Shown piece by piece: positions 50,119 to 61,357 of a stretch of DNA of 64,000 bases (its first letter is position 1; each line of letters begins with the position of its first letter). The position numbers and the translations under genes were made by a program. This DNA is from Anaerohalosphaeraceae bacterium (GTDB lineage Bacteria > Planctomycetota > Phycisphaerae > Sedimentisphaerales > Anaerohalosphaeraceae). Where the stretch lies: NCBI GenBank assembly GCA_963675525.2, contig CAXXSL010000011.1, forward strand, positions 128,001 through 192,000, given 5' to 3'. Below the pieces are notes generated by a model, which saw nothing but the letters and a program-made list of their open reading frames with translations, was not told the origin of the DNA and made no database searches.

Positions 50119-52929
50119 TTAAAATTGTCCCTGGAACTGCCAATAAAGAGCAAACTCCGACAAATCCTTCATATTGATTATCTTATTTTTCCTGTCGGCA
50201 ATATCCCTGCTCGAATTTTGCCCCGAATTCAACCATACATCAGCCAGTTCCGAAAGGTCAGCTATATCAACAACCGTGTCCATTGTAAAATCTGACTGAG
50301 CAAAACTGATCGTATCGATAACCCCATGATACGTACCGTCAAGATTATAACCGTGCTGCAGCAGATTCAATTCTGTGCCGTCGATCCGGACCTCCGTCCA
50401 GCCGTGGATTAAACCACCACCCTCAGGCAGTCCCGGAATATCCTGCGCACCGCCGACGGTCATATGCGGCCAGTCTTCGGTAATCGATTCGACAATATCA
50501 AGATAGCTGCAGACGCCGGTAATTACGTAAAACGTTCCATCGAGCAGGCCGCGTTCATATTCATGCGTATGCCCGCTGAAACACATCTGAACATGATACT
50601 GATTCAACAGTGGTACAAGATACGTCTGCATCAGAGGGCTGCCGTCGAACCATCGTTCACAATAGGGCGGAACGTGAATAAACAAAAACCGCCATGTCGC
50701 GTTTTGCGCCATATCAGAAGCGAGGTCCTGCTCAATCCAGTTTAAAGGCAAAGAACTAATCCAACCGTCGGACGGCAGTGTGCCGTCATTGAGCTGTGAA
50801 TAGTTGACACAGGTAAAATGAGCATTGCCGTAATTAAATGAGAACGTGCCCATGCCGCTGTTCTGTACGGCCTTGTGTACCAAGCTGGTCTCGGGCTCAT
50901 CGTGATTGCCAAAGGCCACGAAAAACGGTTTTTGCCTGCCGAGAATATCACAGACGTAAGGCCTGAACGCCGTTTCGTACCAGTAATACGTGTGATAATC
51001 CACAACATCACCCACAGAAACAGCCATATCCGTCATGGAAGCCATATCCGTAAACATCGCGGTGCTGCACTCCGGGTGTGTTGGGCTTCCGGATAATCTT
51101 CTGGCGACCTGTTGACTGTCGCCCCAAACCCCGAAAGTAAATGGCGTCTCATCATTCGGGGCCGTTGTAAATGTCGCATCAATGCTTACCGTTAAGCCGT
51201 TATGGGCACGGTAATGATACGTTGTTTGTGTGCCAAGGCCGGAAATTCTTACCTTACAGAAATAAACTCCGGAGCCGGCATCAATACATAATCCTTCTGT
51301 CTGGTTTCCATATGAAACAGTCAAACCCCATTCGACTGTCGGCTTGACAATGCGGTCGGTTTCCCATGCAATAGTAATCGAGTCCTGGGTTACATTTTGC
51401 AGATACGGCTGAGATTCGAATACGCCAGCGGCATCCCCGGCAATTGTGACACTGAACGGCTCTGACCATTGGCTGATCTGGTCGTTGGAATCACGAGCGC
51501 GTGCACGTATATCATACGTACCGGGCACCGGCCAGGAATGCTGAACAACATAATCTGAATTCAACGGCTGAACGTCAGACCAAGCCGCAATGTCGGTGCC
51601 CCAATCAACCTGGTAATTTATTTCATTCGTGTCCGCAGAGGCAACGGAAAAAATAAATTCAATATCGTCTCCGGTGGCTCCTGAGGCCGAGGCCGAGACA
51701 AAAGGGGCAGCGGGATCACTGCCGCCGGGATACGCAAGCCTGTATTCAAAAACAAGGTCATCAAAGAAGACCTGACAGTCAGGCCCGTCGATACGTTGAG
51801 CAAGCAGTCGATAGTTGACAGAGCGTGTACCAGCAGGTATCACAAGCTCGTAGGGGTCCAGAAGATATACATGTGTCCAGTCCGCCAAACTTGCCCCAAC
51901 AATCCAGCCGCTGTCAACAGTCGATATGATTTCGTTCGTATTGAGAAACTCAACAATAATACGTCCTTCATCGATGTCGTAGCCGCCGATATCACCTTCG
52001 ATCACGGCTACGGAAAAACCATCGTCAATATCATCCGCTATAAATGACAGGTCAATCGTTTGATTGATTTCCCCCGCAGCAGCCCGTCCGGGCGTAAAAT
52101 AATGGTTGCCGGTATGCGGAAAGTGCCACCCGGTAATATTCGTTGCCTGCCAGTCATAGCCGTCGACAATAGTCCAGTTCGCTAAACCCGACTCGGCTGA
52201 AGCATTGGCAAGTAAATTCAGGCCGGCGCTGCTGGCCGCGGCCATCGACGGAGAAGCTCCGCCCAGAGACATGGCTTGGGCGCCCGTCAGGGCCTGGTCC
52301 CACATGGCAATATTGCTGCAATGAATCGCGGCATCTTCGCTGTTTTCATCCGCAAAAAAAAGAATTTCGGGGTCCAGTGAAAATCTGCCGTCTATTGACT
52401 GCGGCACTCCCTCGAGCCATAACACACCGTCAACGTAGATACGATAGAAATTGGAATTGCTGACGGATATGATAATACGATACCACGTTTCGGCGACGAT
52501 TGAATTTGAAGAGTACCCTGTGTCCGCAACGCCGACGGTTCCGCCGGGAGCGATAAAACAGTCACCGTCATTACTGTTGGCAGAATGGGTCTGAAAGAAA
52601 CATACCCAGCTTCCCAGACTGGCAGCCGGCACTTTAAAATCCATCATCAGCGACCAGTCATTGACAAAACTGCCGCCCGAGGGAGCGATGCCGTGAGTGC
52701 AGGAGTAATAGCCGCCAACCGGGTCCAATACGGCCCCATCACCGGCTTCAATGCCCGGCACCGCACTGTGGCCCCCAACAGAAGATAAAATCTGACCGGT
52801 CGTAGCCAACGACAAATTTCCGGAATCGTCAAACTTCCACAGACCAACCGGCGGAGGATAACTCGCCATGGCAAAATTCGTAAAAATTAAAATTGCGACA
52901 ATAACAAATGATAAATTTTTCAAAACCAC
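50119..52929 (-). CDS. Secreted purple-acid-phosphatase-like metallophosphoesterase: LamG, FBA-like, PKD-like, FN3/PAP, catalytic and dockerin-like domains
   Basis: PYLQNVT..ITIAWET, WGDSQ, VGDVV, GNHD, HVPPY, SGHTHEYER; C-terminal VVDIADL..WL / INMKDL..W. Confidence 0.87.
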   Translation of the reverse strand: MVLKNLSFVIVAILIFTNFAMASYPPPVGLWKFDDSGNLSLATTGQILSSVGGHSAVPGIEAGDGAVLDPVGGYYSCTHGIAPSGGSFVNDWSLMMDFKVPAASLGSWVCFFQTHSANSNDGDCFIAPGGTVGVADTGYSSNSIVAETWYRIIISVSNSNFYRIYVDGVLWLEGVPQSIDGRFSLDPEILFFADENSEDAAIHCSNIAMWDQALTGAQAMSLGGASPSMAAASSAGLNLLANASAESGLANWTIVDGYDWQATNITGWHFPHTGNHYFTPGRAAAGEINQTIDLSFIADDIDDGFSVAVIEGDIGGYDIDEGRIIVEFLNTNEIISTVDSGWIVGASLADWTHVYLLDPYELVIPAGTRSVNYRLLAQRIDGPDCQVFFDDLVFEYRLAYPGGSDPAAPFVSASASGATGDDIEFIFSVASADTNEINYQVDWGTDIAAWSDVQPLNSDYVVQHSWPVPGTYDIRARARDSNDQISQWSEPFSVTIAGDAAGVFESQPYLQNVTQDSITIAWETDRIVKPTVEWGLTVSYGNQTEGLCIDAGSGVYFCKVRISGLGTQTTYHYRAHNGLTVSIDATFTTAPNDETPFTFGVWGDSQQVARRLSGSPTHPECSTAMFTDMASMTDMAVSVGDVVDYHTYYWYETAFRPYVCDILGRQKPFFVAFGNHDEPETSLVHKAVQNSGMGTFSFNYGNAHFTCVNYSQLNDGTLPSDGWISSLPLNWIEQDLASDMAQNATWRFLFIHVPPYCERWFDGSPLMQTYLVPLLNQYHVQMCFSGHTHEYERGLLDGTFYVITGVCSYLDIVESITEDWPHMTVGGAQDIPGLPEGGGLIHGWTEVRIDGTELNLLQHGYNLDGTYHGVIDTISFAQSDFTMDTVVDIADLSELADVWLNSGQNSSRDIADRKNKIINMKDLSEFALYWQFQGQF

Positions 52930-52937
52930 CCCCTAAT

Positions 52938-55900
52938 CTAAGGCGTTGTAAGGTCTACATTGTTTAATTCAAATTGCTGATCCGGCCCGGTCTTGTACTG
53001 GTCCAGATACGGAGAATAGGTTTCCACGAAAACCTTTTGCATCTCCGGACAAAATGTTAAAATTCTCAGCCACCCATTACCACCATTGGCCTCAAACTGA
53101 TAATTGGCCAGCATCTGATAGACCAGATTGCCGTTATCACCGGTGCTGACCAGTGTGCCAACGCCATCATTTAAAATGTGCCCGCTGAAAACAAACGAGA
53201 TATTTTCATGAAGCTTAATGAAATTGGTCCACATCTCCTCTCCGTCATTACAGACCTGGTCACCGGTTGCCGTCGTGCAAACCGTATACGTATGCGGATT
53301 CCAGGTGTCCCCCGAACCGATTCTCGTGTCATCTGAGTACATATAGGCATGGGTCACCACCATGACCCGGCGATTCGGATGAGCTGCGATAACTTGGTTG
53401 GCCCAGGCCAGTACGGCCGTACGCGGACCAAATTCAAGTGACAACGCCAGCCAATCGATACCGCCGGCAGTGAAATAATGATAACTGTTTTCCGCATGGC
53501 CTGTTTCGTAAACACCCTGCAGGTTCGTAAATCGGGCCACCGGGAAATAACTATTAAAGTATCCAACATCCCGTGTGCTTGCGTTGCCACCGGGACCGGT
53601 ATCGTGATTGCCGGTTGCCGCGGCATACGATACGCCGGCGGCATCTAAAATATCCATCGCATAATCGGCATTATCCCATTCGCGTATCAAATTATAGTTT
53701 GTAAAATCGCCTTCATGGAGAACAAACGCGATATTGAGTTCATCTTTGTTGTCCGCGATCCATTGGGTCTGACTGTTATAAACCGCCGGAGCATAATCAG
53801 AGTAATTTTGTGTATCCGGCAGAAGGACGATTGAAAACTCTGAATCAGAATGAACCCGAATTGAAACGGCGGCCTGGTCAAAACCCTGCACATCGGAAAC
53901 CGCCTCATAAACAAAGCTGTCAACACCGGAGTAGTTTGGATCCGGCGTGTAAGCGAATGTTCCATCGCTGTTCAATGTCAGATTTCCGTGCTGGACATCG
54001 GTAACCAGTGCGGCAGACAAAGATCCGCTCGCTGCCGTATCGTTGTCAAGGACGCCCCCGGTTGTGACGCTAAGGGTCGTATTCTGATCCATCTCGTAAC
54101 TGTCATTGTTGGCGACAACATTGAATGAGCTTGCCACCTGAACGGAGAAATCATCAAAATAGCTTGCCTGGTTGCCCCAGTTGTATAATGCCACGGTTCC
54201 ATAGGCGATGTCCGCATCGATTACCGCCGAACCAAAAACATTGACGCCGCCGACCAATACATTGATTTGGTCCCCGGTGACATCCACACTCAGGTTCATT
54301 TGTTCTCCGGCCGTATACCCTGCGGAAGCGGTTGCAATGGTCGTTTCTACTCCGTTATAAATCTTAAAGAGCTTACGAAAAACGCGTTGTGAATCCATAT
54401 CAAATTTATAGTAATTACCCGCATCCTGATATCGGAACATCACCCCGATACCATCATTATCTGACGACCGCAACGACACGTTAAACTGATAGTCTGCCCA
54501 TAATAATGATTGCGGAGCATTCCAGCAGGCATAGCTGCCTTTTCGGTTGTCCGTCGCAAACTGATCCGGTCCGTAAATGTTTGATGATTCCATCAATTCT
54601 CCGGAAACAACACTCCAGTTTGAGGGGCTATCTATTCCGCCTTCATCCACGATCAGCCAATTGGCGAGGCTGCTGCTCTCATCAAAATAGTCTTTGGCGG
54701 TAAAGAAATCCCAATCTGAGGCCACAGCGGCAAAATCAACAAGGTCCACTTTCAGGCTGCCATTGATATCTGCCGACCAACCGGAACCGGTATTGAGCCA
54801 CTGTTCGGAAAGAACCGTTAAATCAGCAAGGTCAACCGTTCCATTCTTATCAATATCCCCTAAAGCAAACGGGTTCGCTTTGGTCGTAAACTCCCAAACA
54901 TCGCCTTCCTGCGGAACACCCGCATCCAACGCATCGACTCTCCAATAGTATGTTGTGCTGTAATTCAGCTCAACACCGAGAACGAGGGTTGTACTCGTAT
55001 GATTTAAAACCTTATGAAGTAAATCAGTGGATGCCGGGGTCGCATTTTGTACCTTTAAATCATTTGTATCAAAATAAATATGATAGCCGGAAGCCGTATA
55101 AGCACCGGGTGCTTGCCAGATTAAATCAGTGTCTATTTCAACAAAATTTTCTTCATCCTGAGGGTCGGGGGTATGAGCAATCTCCGGTTCGGTGGGTGTT
55201 GAATTGAGAAGCTCTAAAATCTGTGACTCAGAAAGAACCTCATCATAAATCATCACATTGTCCATCATTCCCACAAATGTTGAGGTGTGGTGTGTAATAA
55301 TACCACCGCCAAGTTGACCATACATACCTCCTGCAGCAAAGTCCAGAATACCGTCGCCGACACCGGCAATCGCCATTGACCTGTCGAATACACCATTGAT
55401 ATATGTGGTAGCCACGTTATTGACTCTGTCATATGTAATCGCGATATGTGTCCATGTATTGGCCGCAATCGAAGCGGTTCCGGTGATTTCATATTGCGTG
55501 TCACTCCCATTGCCTTCAATCCAGCCGTGTACACGTTTGTTGCTGTCGAGCTCTATGGTCGCAATCGGATTGTCGCCATATGCACCCAACGCAATCAAGT
55601 GCGCAAAATCCGGATCCGCATTGGTGGCACTACGAGAATGTGTTGTTTCAGGATTCACCCACAGTGCAAATGTAATACCTCCGCCGGCCGCAATGGCGGG
55701 CCTGCTGTCCATGAAAACCCGTTGGTTATCCGGATTGCCGCCATTGGCAATATCATAAGCAATTTCATAATCTGTACGAGAGGCATAGATGCCGCCGCGG
55801 TCACCGCCAACATCATCCCATAAATCGGCGTTCGTGTCCGTTCGGCCATCCGCATGATACCAAGAGCCGCCTTCTGTTCCGTTATGGCTGTTGGCGGAAA

Positions 55901-56033
55901 CATCCTCATAATCCCACGTCGTATAGGGAGTATTCTTGTAGCCAAAATCATAGCTGAGAACTTGAGCGGCATTGAGGTTCACGGCGATACAACATAACGC
56001 AATGAGAATACAGATGTTTTTTAACGTCTTCAT
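52938..56033 (-). CDS. Secreted metallophosphoesterase: LamG, internal dockerin-like, lectin-like, Big_9/cadherin-like and catalytic domains
   Basis: LPDTQNY, HEGDF, TGNHD, VTHAY, FSGH; GDIDKNGTVDLADL..WL; ANNDSY..GVLDND; ORF track start 56102. Confidence 0.87.
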   Translation of the reverse strand: MKTLKNICILIALCCIAVNLNAAQVLSYDFGYKNTPYTTWDYEDVSANSHNGTEGGSWYHADGRTDTNADLWDDVGGDRGGIYASRTDYEIAYDIANGGNPDNQRVFMDSRPAIAAGGGITFALWVNPETTHSRSATNADPDFAHLIALGAYGDNPIATIELDSNKRVHGWIEGNGSDTQYEITGTASIAANTWTHIAITYDRVNNVATTYINGVFDRSMAIAGVGDGILDFAAGGMYGQLGGGIITHHTSTFVGMMDNVMIYDEVLSESQILELLNSTPTEPEIAHTPDPQDEENFVEIDTDLIWQAPGAYTASGYHIYFDTNDLKVQNATPASTDLLHKVLNHTSTTLVLGVELNYSTTYYWRVDALDAGVPQEGDVWEFTTKANPFALGDIDKNGTVDLADLTVLSEQWLNTGSGWSADINGSLKVDLVDFAAVASDWDFFTAKDYFDESSSLANWLIVDEGGIDSPSNWSVVSGELMESSNIYGPDQFATDNRKGSYACWNAPQSLLWADYQFNVSLRSSDNDGIGVMFRYQDAGNYYKFDMDSQRVFRKLFKIYNGVETTIATASAGYTAGEQMNLSVDVTGDQINVLVGGVNVFGSAVIDADIAYGTVALYNWGNQASYFDDFSVQVASSFNVVANNDSYEMDQNTTLSVTTGGVLDNDTAASGSLSAALVTDVQHGNLTLNSDGTFAYTPDPNYSGVDSFVYEAVSDVQGFDQAAVSIRVHSDSEFSIVLLPDTQNYSDYAPAVYNSQTQWIADNKDELNIAFVLHEGDFTNYNLIREWDNADYAMDILDAAGVSYAAATGNHDTGPGGNASTRDVGYFNSYFPVARFTNLQGVYETGHAENSYHYFTAGGIDWLALSLEFGPRTAVLAWANQVIAAHPNRRVMVVTHAYMYSDDTRIGSGDTWNPHTYTVCTTATGDQVCNDGEEMWTNFIKLHENISFVFSGHILNDGVGTLVSTGDNGNLVYQMLANYQFEANGGNGWLRILTFCPEMQKVFVETYSPYLDQYKTGPDQQFELNNVDLTTP

Positions 56034-56121
56034 ATCAACCCCACTATTTTTAAGCATTAAAATACGGTGGTCCCCCTGACAGGAAACCACCGTAAAATTC
56101 AAAATCGTTTGATTTTAAAAC

Positions 56122-57000
56122 CTACTTTTTCCGACGGATGGCAACCAAACTGCCCAATCCAAGAAGAACCATCGTCGCCGGTTCCGGAACGATTGCTGAA
56201 ACTTCTGCGGCAGACAGAGCGCTATCAAAAATCATCACGTCATCAATCATACCGATAAAAGCGGCATCATGATGGGTTACGATACCGTGGCCAACCTGAG
56301 CATACAGGCTGGAGAACGTCAGCACGCCGTCGCCAACGCCCGCGATACCGGTTGAACTGTCAAATAGACCATTGATATAGGTGGTCGCCAGATTATTGAC
56401 TCTGTCATAGGTGATCGCAATGTGAGTCCATGCATTCGCTGAAACAGAAGCACTGCCGGTAATTTCATACTGCGTATCGGCACCGTTGCCTTCAACCCAA
56501 CCATGTACACGCTTGCTGCTGTCGAGTTCGATCGTCATGATGGGATTGTCGCCATAAGCACCTAACGCAATCACGTGAGCAAAATCCGGATCCGGATTGC
56601 CGCCCACAACATGGACCGTTTCCGGGTTGATCCAGGCCGCCAGTGTCACACCGGCATTGGCCGCAACATCAGACATGCTGGTGAACTCCACCAAGTTGTT
56701 CTTGTTATTGCCAACTCTGACCTGTGTTTCATAATACTGCTCATAAGCACTGCGATGGGCATAAACGCCGCCGCGAACTCCGCCTTGATCGTCCCACAGG
56801 TCGGCACGCGGGTCTGCGTCGCCATCAAAGTTCCACCATGTGCCGGCCTCGTCGGCATCATGACTGGTGCCCGAAGCGCCGCTGTAATCATCCACGGTGT
56901 AAGGGGTGTTCTTGGTCGCAAAGTCAAGGTGAGCGACCATGGATGCCTGTGCCATCGAAATCAGGCACAAAACAACGATTAAATACATTAATTTTTTCAT
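56122..57000 (-). CDS. LamG-domain PEP-CTERM protein
   Basis: WTHIAITYD..YING..IDDVMIF; ends VPEPATMVLLGLGSLVAIRRKK; GGAGG RBS; ORF track start 57015. Confidence 0.95.
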   Translation of the reverse strand: MKKLMYLIVVLCLISMAQASMVAHLDFATKNTPYTVDDYSGASGTSHDADEAGTWWNFDGDADPRADLWDDQGGVRGGVYAHRSAYEQYYETQVRVGNNKNNLVEFTSMSDVAANAGVTLAAWINPETVHVVGGNPDPDFAHVIALGAYGDNPIMTIELDSSKRVHGWVEGNGADTQYEITGSASVSANAWTHIAITYDRVNNLATTYINGLFDSSTGIAGVGDGVLTFSSLYAQVGHGIVTHHDAAFIGMIDDVMIFDSALSAAEVSAIVPEPATMVLLGLGSLVAIRRKK

Positions 57001-57102
57001 CTTCACTTCCTCCAATACATATAGACCCGATCAGGCTGCGCAGCCAACAAACTGCACAACTCATAAACCACAAAAGTCCATCCATGCCTTCAGCCGCCGG
57101 TC

Positions 57103-57936
57103 TTATTTTTTACGGCGAATCGCAATCAGGCCGCCCAGTCCGAGCAGAGCCATCGTTGCCGGTTCCGGAACAAGAGTCAGCGGGGTCGGCGTAGCTGAAC
57201 CGTCCAGCCAACCGCCCATGTCGGCAATTTGAGTACCTGTCAAAGCGTGGTCCCATGTGGCAACTGTGCCAACGAGTCCCCACTGGTCTTCCCAACTGTC
57301 GTCTGCGAAAAGATGGACGGTGGGGTTGAGGGAAAATCTGCCGTCAACGGTGTTGCCTGAGGTATCGAGGAACAGGACGCCGTCAACATAAACCCTGAAG
57401 AAGTTGCCATTGTCAACAGACAATGCAATCCTGTGCCATGTCGATGAGTCAAAGGTTGCTGTTGAATAGCCAAGTTCACCGATGCCAATCACGCGAGACC
57501 CTTCGGTACCCTGAATAAACAAATCACCATCAGAGGTATTACCAGCCGCGTTCGTCTGATACAGGCTGTTCCATGATGACTGGCCGCTCGTCTGGGTATA
57601 ATCCATGACAATGGTGTACTCATTAACATAGCTGCCGCCGCCGTTAGGAGCAATGCCGTGAGTGCACGTAAGGTAATCCCAACTGCGTTCCTGAACTACA
57701 CCCCCCTCACCACCGAGCGGATTGATGATCGTCCATGGTCCCGAGAACCAGGCACTGTTGTTGACATTGCTGCTTACCATGTCTGTGCCGATTGTTGCTG
57801 CCAACTTGTTTGTACTATCCTGGAAACGCCACAGACCGGTCAACCCGGTGGCGTCCACGTCCCCCAGTGCGGCAGAAGCCACCGAGGCCGCCGCCAACAT
57901 GCATACTACTAACACTAAACATTTCTTTCTCATCAT
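57103..57936 (-). CDS. LamG-like PEP-CTERM protein
   Basis: GLWRF, WHRIALSVD..VYVDG; ends VPEPATMALLGLGGLIAIRRKK; GGAGG RBS. Confidence 0.95.
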   Translation of the reverse strand: MMRKKCLVLVVCMLAAASVASAALGDVDATGLTGLWRFQDSTNKLAATIGTDMVSSNVNNSAWFSGPWTIINPLGGEGGVVQERSWDYLTCTHGIAPNGGGSYVNEYTIVMDYTQTSGQSSWNSLYQTNAAGNTSDGDLFIQGTEGSRVIGIGELGYSTATFDSSTWHRIALSVDNGNFFRVYVDGVLFLDTSGNTVDGRFSLNPTVHLFADDSWEDQWGLVGTVATWDHALTGTQIADMGGWLDGSATPTPLTLVPEPATMALLGLGGLIAIRRKK

Positions 57937-58019
57937 CTTTCCTCCGCAATAAGGTTACTAAAATATATACTTCCCGGAAATATTACGTCATTTCTCGGTT
58001 TTTAAAACGCACACTCAAC

Positions 58020-58052
58020 TCGACGGCAACGGCATTTATCCGCAGCCGTCGA
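58020..58052 (-). terminator. GC-rich stem-loop 3' of the large LamG gene (no U tract; possibly a stabiliser)
   Basis: TCGACGGC...GCCGTCGA inverted repeat. Confidence 0.5.
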
Positions 58053-58060
58053 ACAAAAAA

Positions 58061-61000
58061 CTATTCCCAAGGCGTCGTGCCTGTAATATTGGTGTACCAG
58101 TCTTCTAACCAGTTCCCAGCCACAATCGCCAAGTCAACCAGATTCACCCTGCAGTCACCGTCCACATCGCCTTCAGGTGCAGCAAGTCCCATTAGACCGG
58201 CATGATAACATGTATACGGCCCTGCGACGTCATACTGCAATCCGGATTCGATCTCGAACGTTATTTCTCCACCGGGAACAGCCCGCTTCTCAGTGGAAAC
58301 ATAAACATCACTGAATGCAAATGACGGATGCCCTAGAGCGGTAACAACACTGTTAATGCCGTAAACTCTTACATACACATTGGTATCGGCTGATGTTGCA
58401 GTATAGGTTGTGCCTATCAGTTGCCATCTTGATGCAGGCGGAGCAAAGCCTCCACCCTTAATGTCTCCTACGGCATCTTCTACGGCTTCTGCAATTTTCA
58501 CATAACCGGCCTGGCTTGTTGTTATACCTGTATGAATTGTGTCAGGATCGGTAACACCTGACGGTATTTGCCACAGTTCGAGGTGGAACTGCGGAGCAGG
58601 GTTCGGCCATGTCGTATCGTAAGAACCCCATTCAGTCGGCTCAATCACTACACCGCAAGCCATATCCAGGTAGTATGTTACGCCGTTAGAAAGACTGCCG
58701 ATGATCTGGCCAAGAATCAGGTTTTCCGAAGCGTAAACGCTGACATCATTCATGCCCGGCGAAGGTATGGGGGCTCCCATCTGACCGGAAGCAAACATTC
58801 CACCTTCATCGGTTTCATCGAAACCGGTGGGCACTTCATATATCCAGCTCGGAGGAGCCGGTACATCATCAACGAACCAAGCACCCCAATTGTCAGATTT
58901 AGAAAGAGCGCCGTACAGATATTCCAGTTCAGGTACACCTGATGTCTCCATCCAGCCGATATCTTCAAATCCACCATTGCCCAGAAGATTGCCGCGACCT
59001 TCCGGCCACTCTGCCGGCATGACATTATCCAGATATGTATAACCTACAAACATATATCCCGACGTTGCCGGATCGCTTGCATCTTCATAAGATAACTTAA
59101 CCTTGATCGGCTTTCCTGCATCTCCGGCCGTAGCCGTATAGGTGCCGTAAACCGGACGCCATCTATTAAGAGACATCGGACGCGAGAAGCTTGCAACTTC
59201 TGTGCTGTCTATTTCAAGACTTATCGTTGCGATATCTTTCCAGCCATCCCAACTATTGGCCATTACATAAGCCATCACATAATAAGTCTGGCCGGAAACG
59301 GCATTTTCTGTTGTTGTCTGACTGAGTACTGCATCATCTATAAGGTAAGCTGCAACAGAACCGCCAATAGGAACCGGAGTGTTTACCATATAAGAATTCA
59401 TGTAGCCGGTGTCCTCCATGCGCTGAATACCCGCATCGCCGGTTCCCGTAAATGCCCACCCTGTCGGATCCACACCAATCCATTCACTCGTTACTAACTG
59501 GCCAAGGTCTTTATAGAAATCGCCGTTTACAAGCATCCCTGTGTCTCTCGGCTCTGTGACCGAACCGGTATCAAGCCAGGTCATTGCCACTGTCTCAAGG
59601 TCTCCATAATTAACAATGGCGTCCTGATCGATATCACCAAGGAAGTAGCTCGCATTATGCTGATCCGTATTGGCCTGATCGGAAATCGGGTTAAACTCAT
59701 CAATATAAACCCGCGTATTGGCGTTCCCGCCCGCGATCGAGATTTCCGTCCACACCCTGAGTGAAGTAACCGGTGGCTTCGGATAGGCATATTTTAATTC
59801 TTCCCAGACATAATCTTCGCCTAACGGCCAATAGACCTCTCCTAACGACGTCAGATTATTAGGTTCGCGAGGCTCGGTACCATCCACATAACTATACGAT
59901 TTGACACGCAGACTGGCACCATCCGCATTGACAGCAGCCACACGGGCATACGTTTTGAAAAAATCTTTTCCCCACGGAAGGGTAGGTGACTCATAACCTG
60001 CGTTGTTTGGGATACATAATGCAATATCAGGCGTAATATATAGCGCAAACTTTGCAATATTGGGGTCAACACCACTCCATGACGGATCAATCCATGCCAT
60101 TCCAAAGTTATCAACGTTACGGTCAGACTGGCCATAATAGTTTGGATCAGGTAGAGCAGGGGTTAAATCCCTGAAAGAATACCATATCTGACCATCAGAC
60201 CATAGCGCATAATGCCCGCCGGGTTCCATGGCTGTCGTATCCCAGCTTGGCAAATCCTTGATATACCATGCTGTTGCCGTATTATCGGCATGCACTGTAA
60301 TGTCCTCGCCTGGCCAATATGAAAATGTCGAGAAACTCGGACCATATAACAGTTTCCATCCCCCGGAATTCCAGGCATGATTGGTTTCTTTGGTGAAGTA
60401 ATTCGGTGGCAGCGGCGGGTCCGGCACGACATCCACAACCGTCAGCGGTGTTTCGGACTCGTCGGCCAGTTTGGCCACTTCTTCTGCCGGCAAATAGGAC
60501 CCGGCCCAGACAGCCACATCATCCAAAATCCCGATGAAATTAGCCGTATTATTCGCTTTCGCCCCGATGGTGAAATCTGTTATTGAAACCGGCATGTCCA
60601 CACCGGGAAGACTTGTGGAGTCTTCTTCTACACCATTAATATACTTTTTGATCGTCTTCCCGTCAGAGGTAACCGTCAGGTGATACCAATAACCGACGGC
60701 CTGTCCGGCGGTTTGAAGCGCCGATATTCACTTTATCATTTGTTGCCCCGGGTCCATCCTAAAAAGTCATAGGGGTCATCCCCTCCGCTGGCAGGGTCGA
60801 AAGCAAGCTGTATACCATAGGCGTCGGTATTCACCAGTCTGGGGATATCGTTTGCCGAGAGATTGACATACAAAGCACCTCTGTAAACCCACATCGAAAT
60901 CGTGAAAACTTCGGTCAGATTTTGCAAACCCGGGCTATTAGGGTCATCCGATGGAAATGAGTTGGGGTCCACGACTAAGTGGTTGGAATTTGAAAAACCG

Positions 61001-61228
61001 GTCGTACTGGCGTTAAACTCGATCGCCCCGCTGCCGCCGATCCCGCCAGTGGTCCATTGCGGATAATTGATGCTGTCAGCAGCATAGAAAACCGCATCCT
61101 GAGCATTGCCGGAGGAATCTGCCGCTGTTGTGCCGGTGCCTTCATCGAAACGTCCAGTAGCCAGCCAAATCACTCATTGCCACTGAAGCTGTTATCAATA
61201 AAATAGCAAAAAAGACCTGTCTTATCAT
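58061..61228 (-). pseudogene. Large secreted LamG + CBM-like + dockerin-like protein with three 5' frameshifts (probably intact in vivo)
   Basis: GGGAGG RBS and MIRQVFFAILL signal peptide at 61228. Removing single extra bases at about 61149, 60751 and 60713 joins ORFs 60736..61173 and 58061..60601. GDIDQDAIVNYGDL and GDVDGDCRVNLVDL..WL repeats. Confidence 0.8.
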
Positions 61229-61357
61229 CTCGAAGACCTCCCAATATAGGTTCACTTTATTCCACGGAAAAACTCACAACACCCAATCACTCTCAACACT
61301 TGAACTAACATATAATTACCTCAAAAACGCCCCCATGCTTCAACATATACCCTCACT

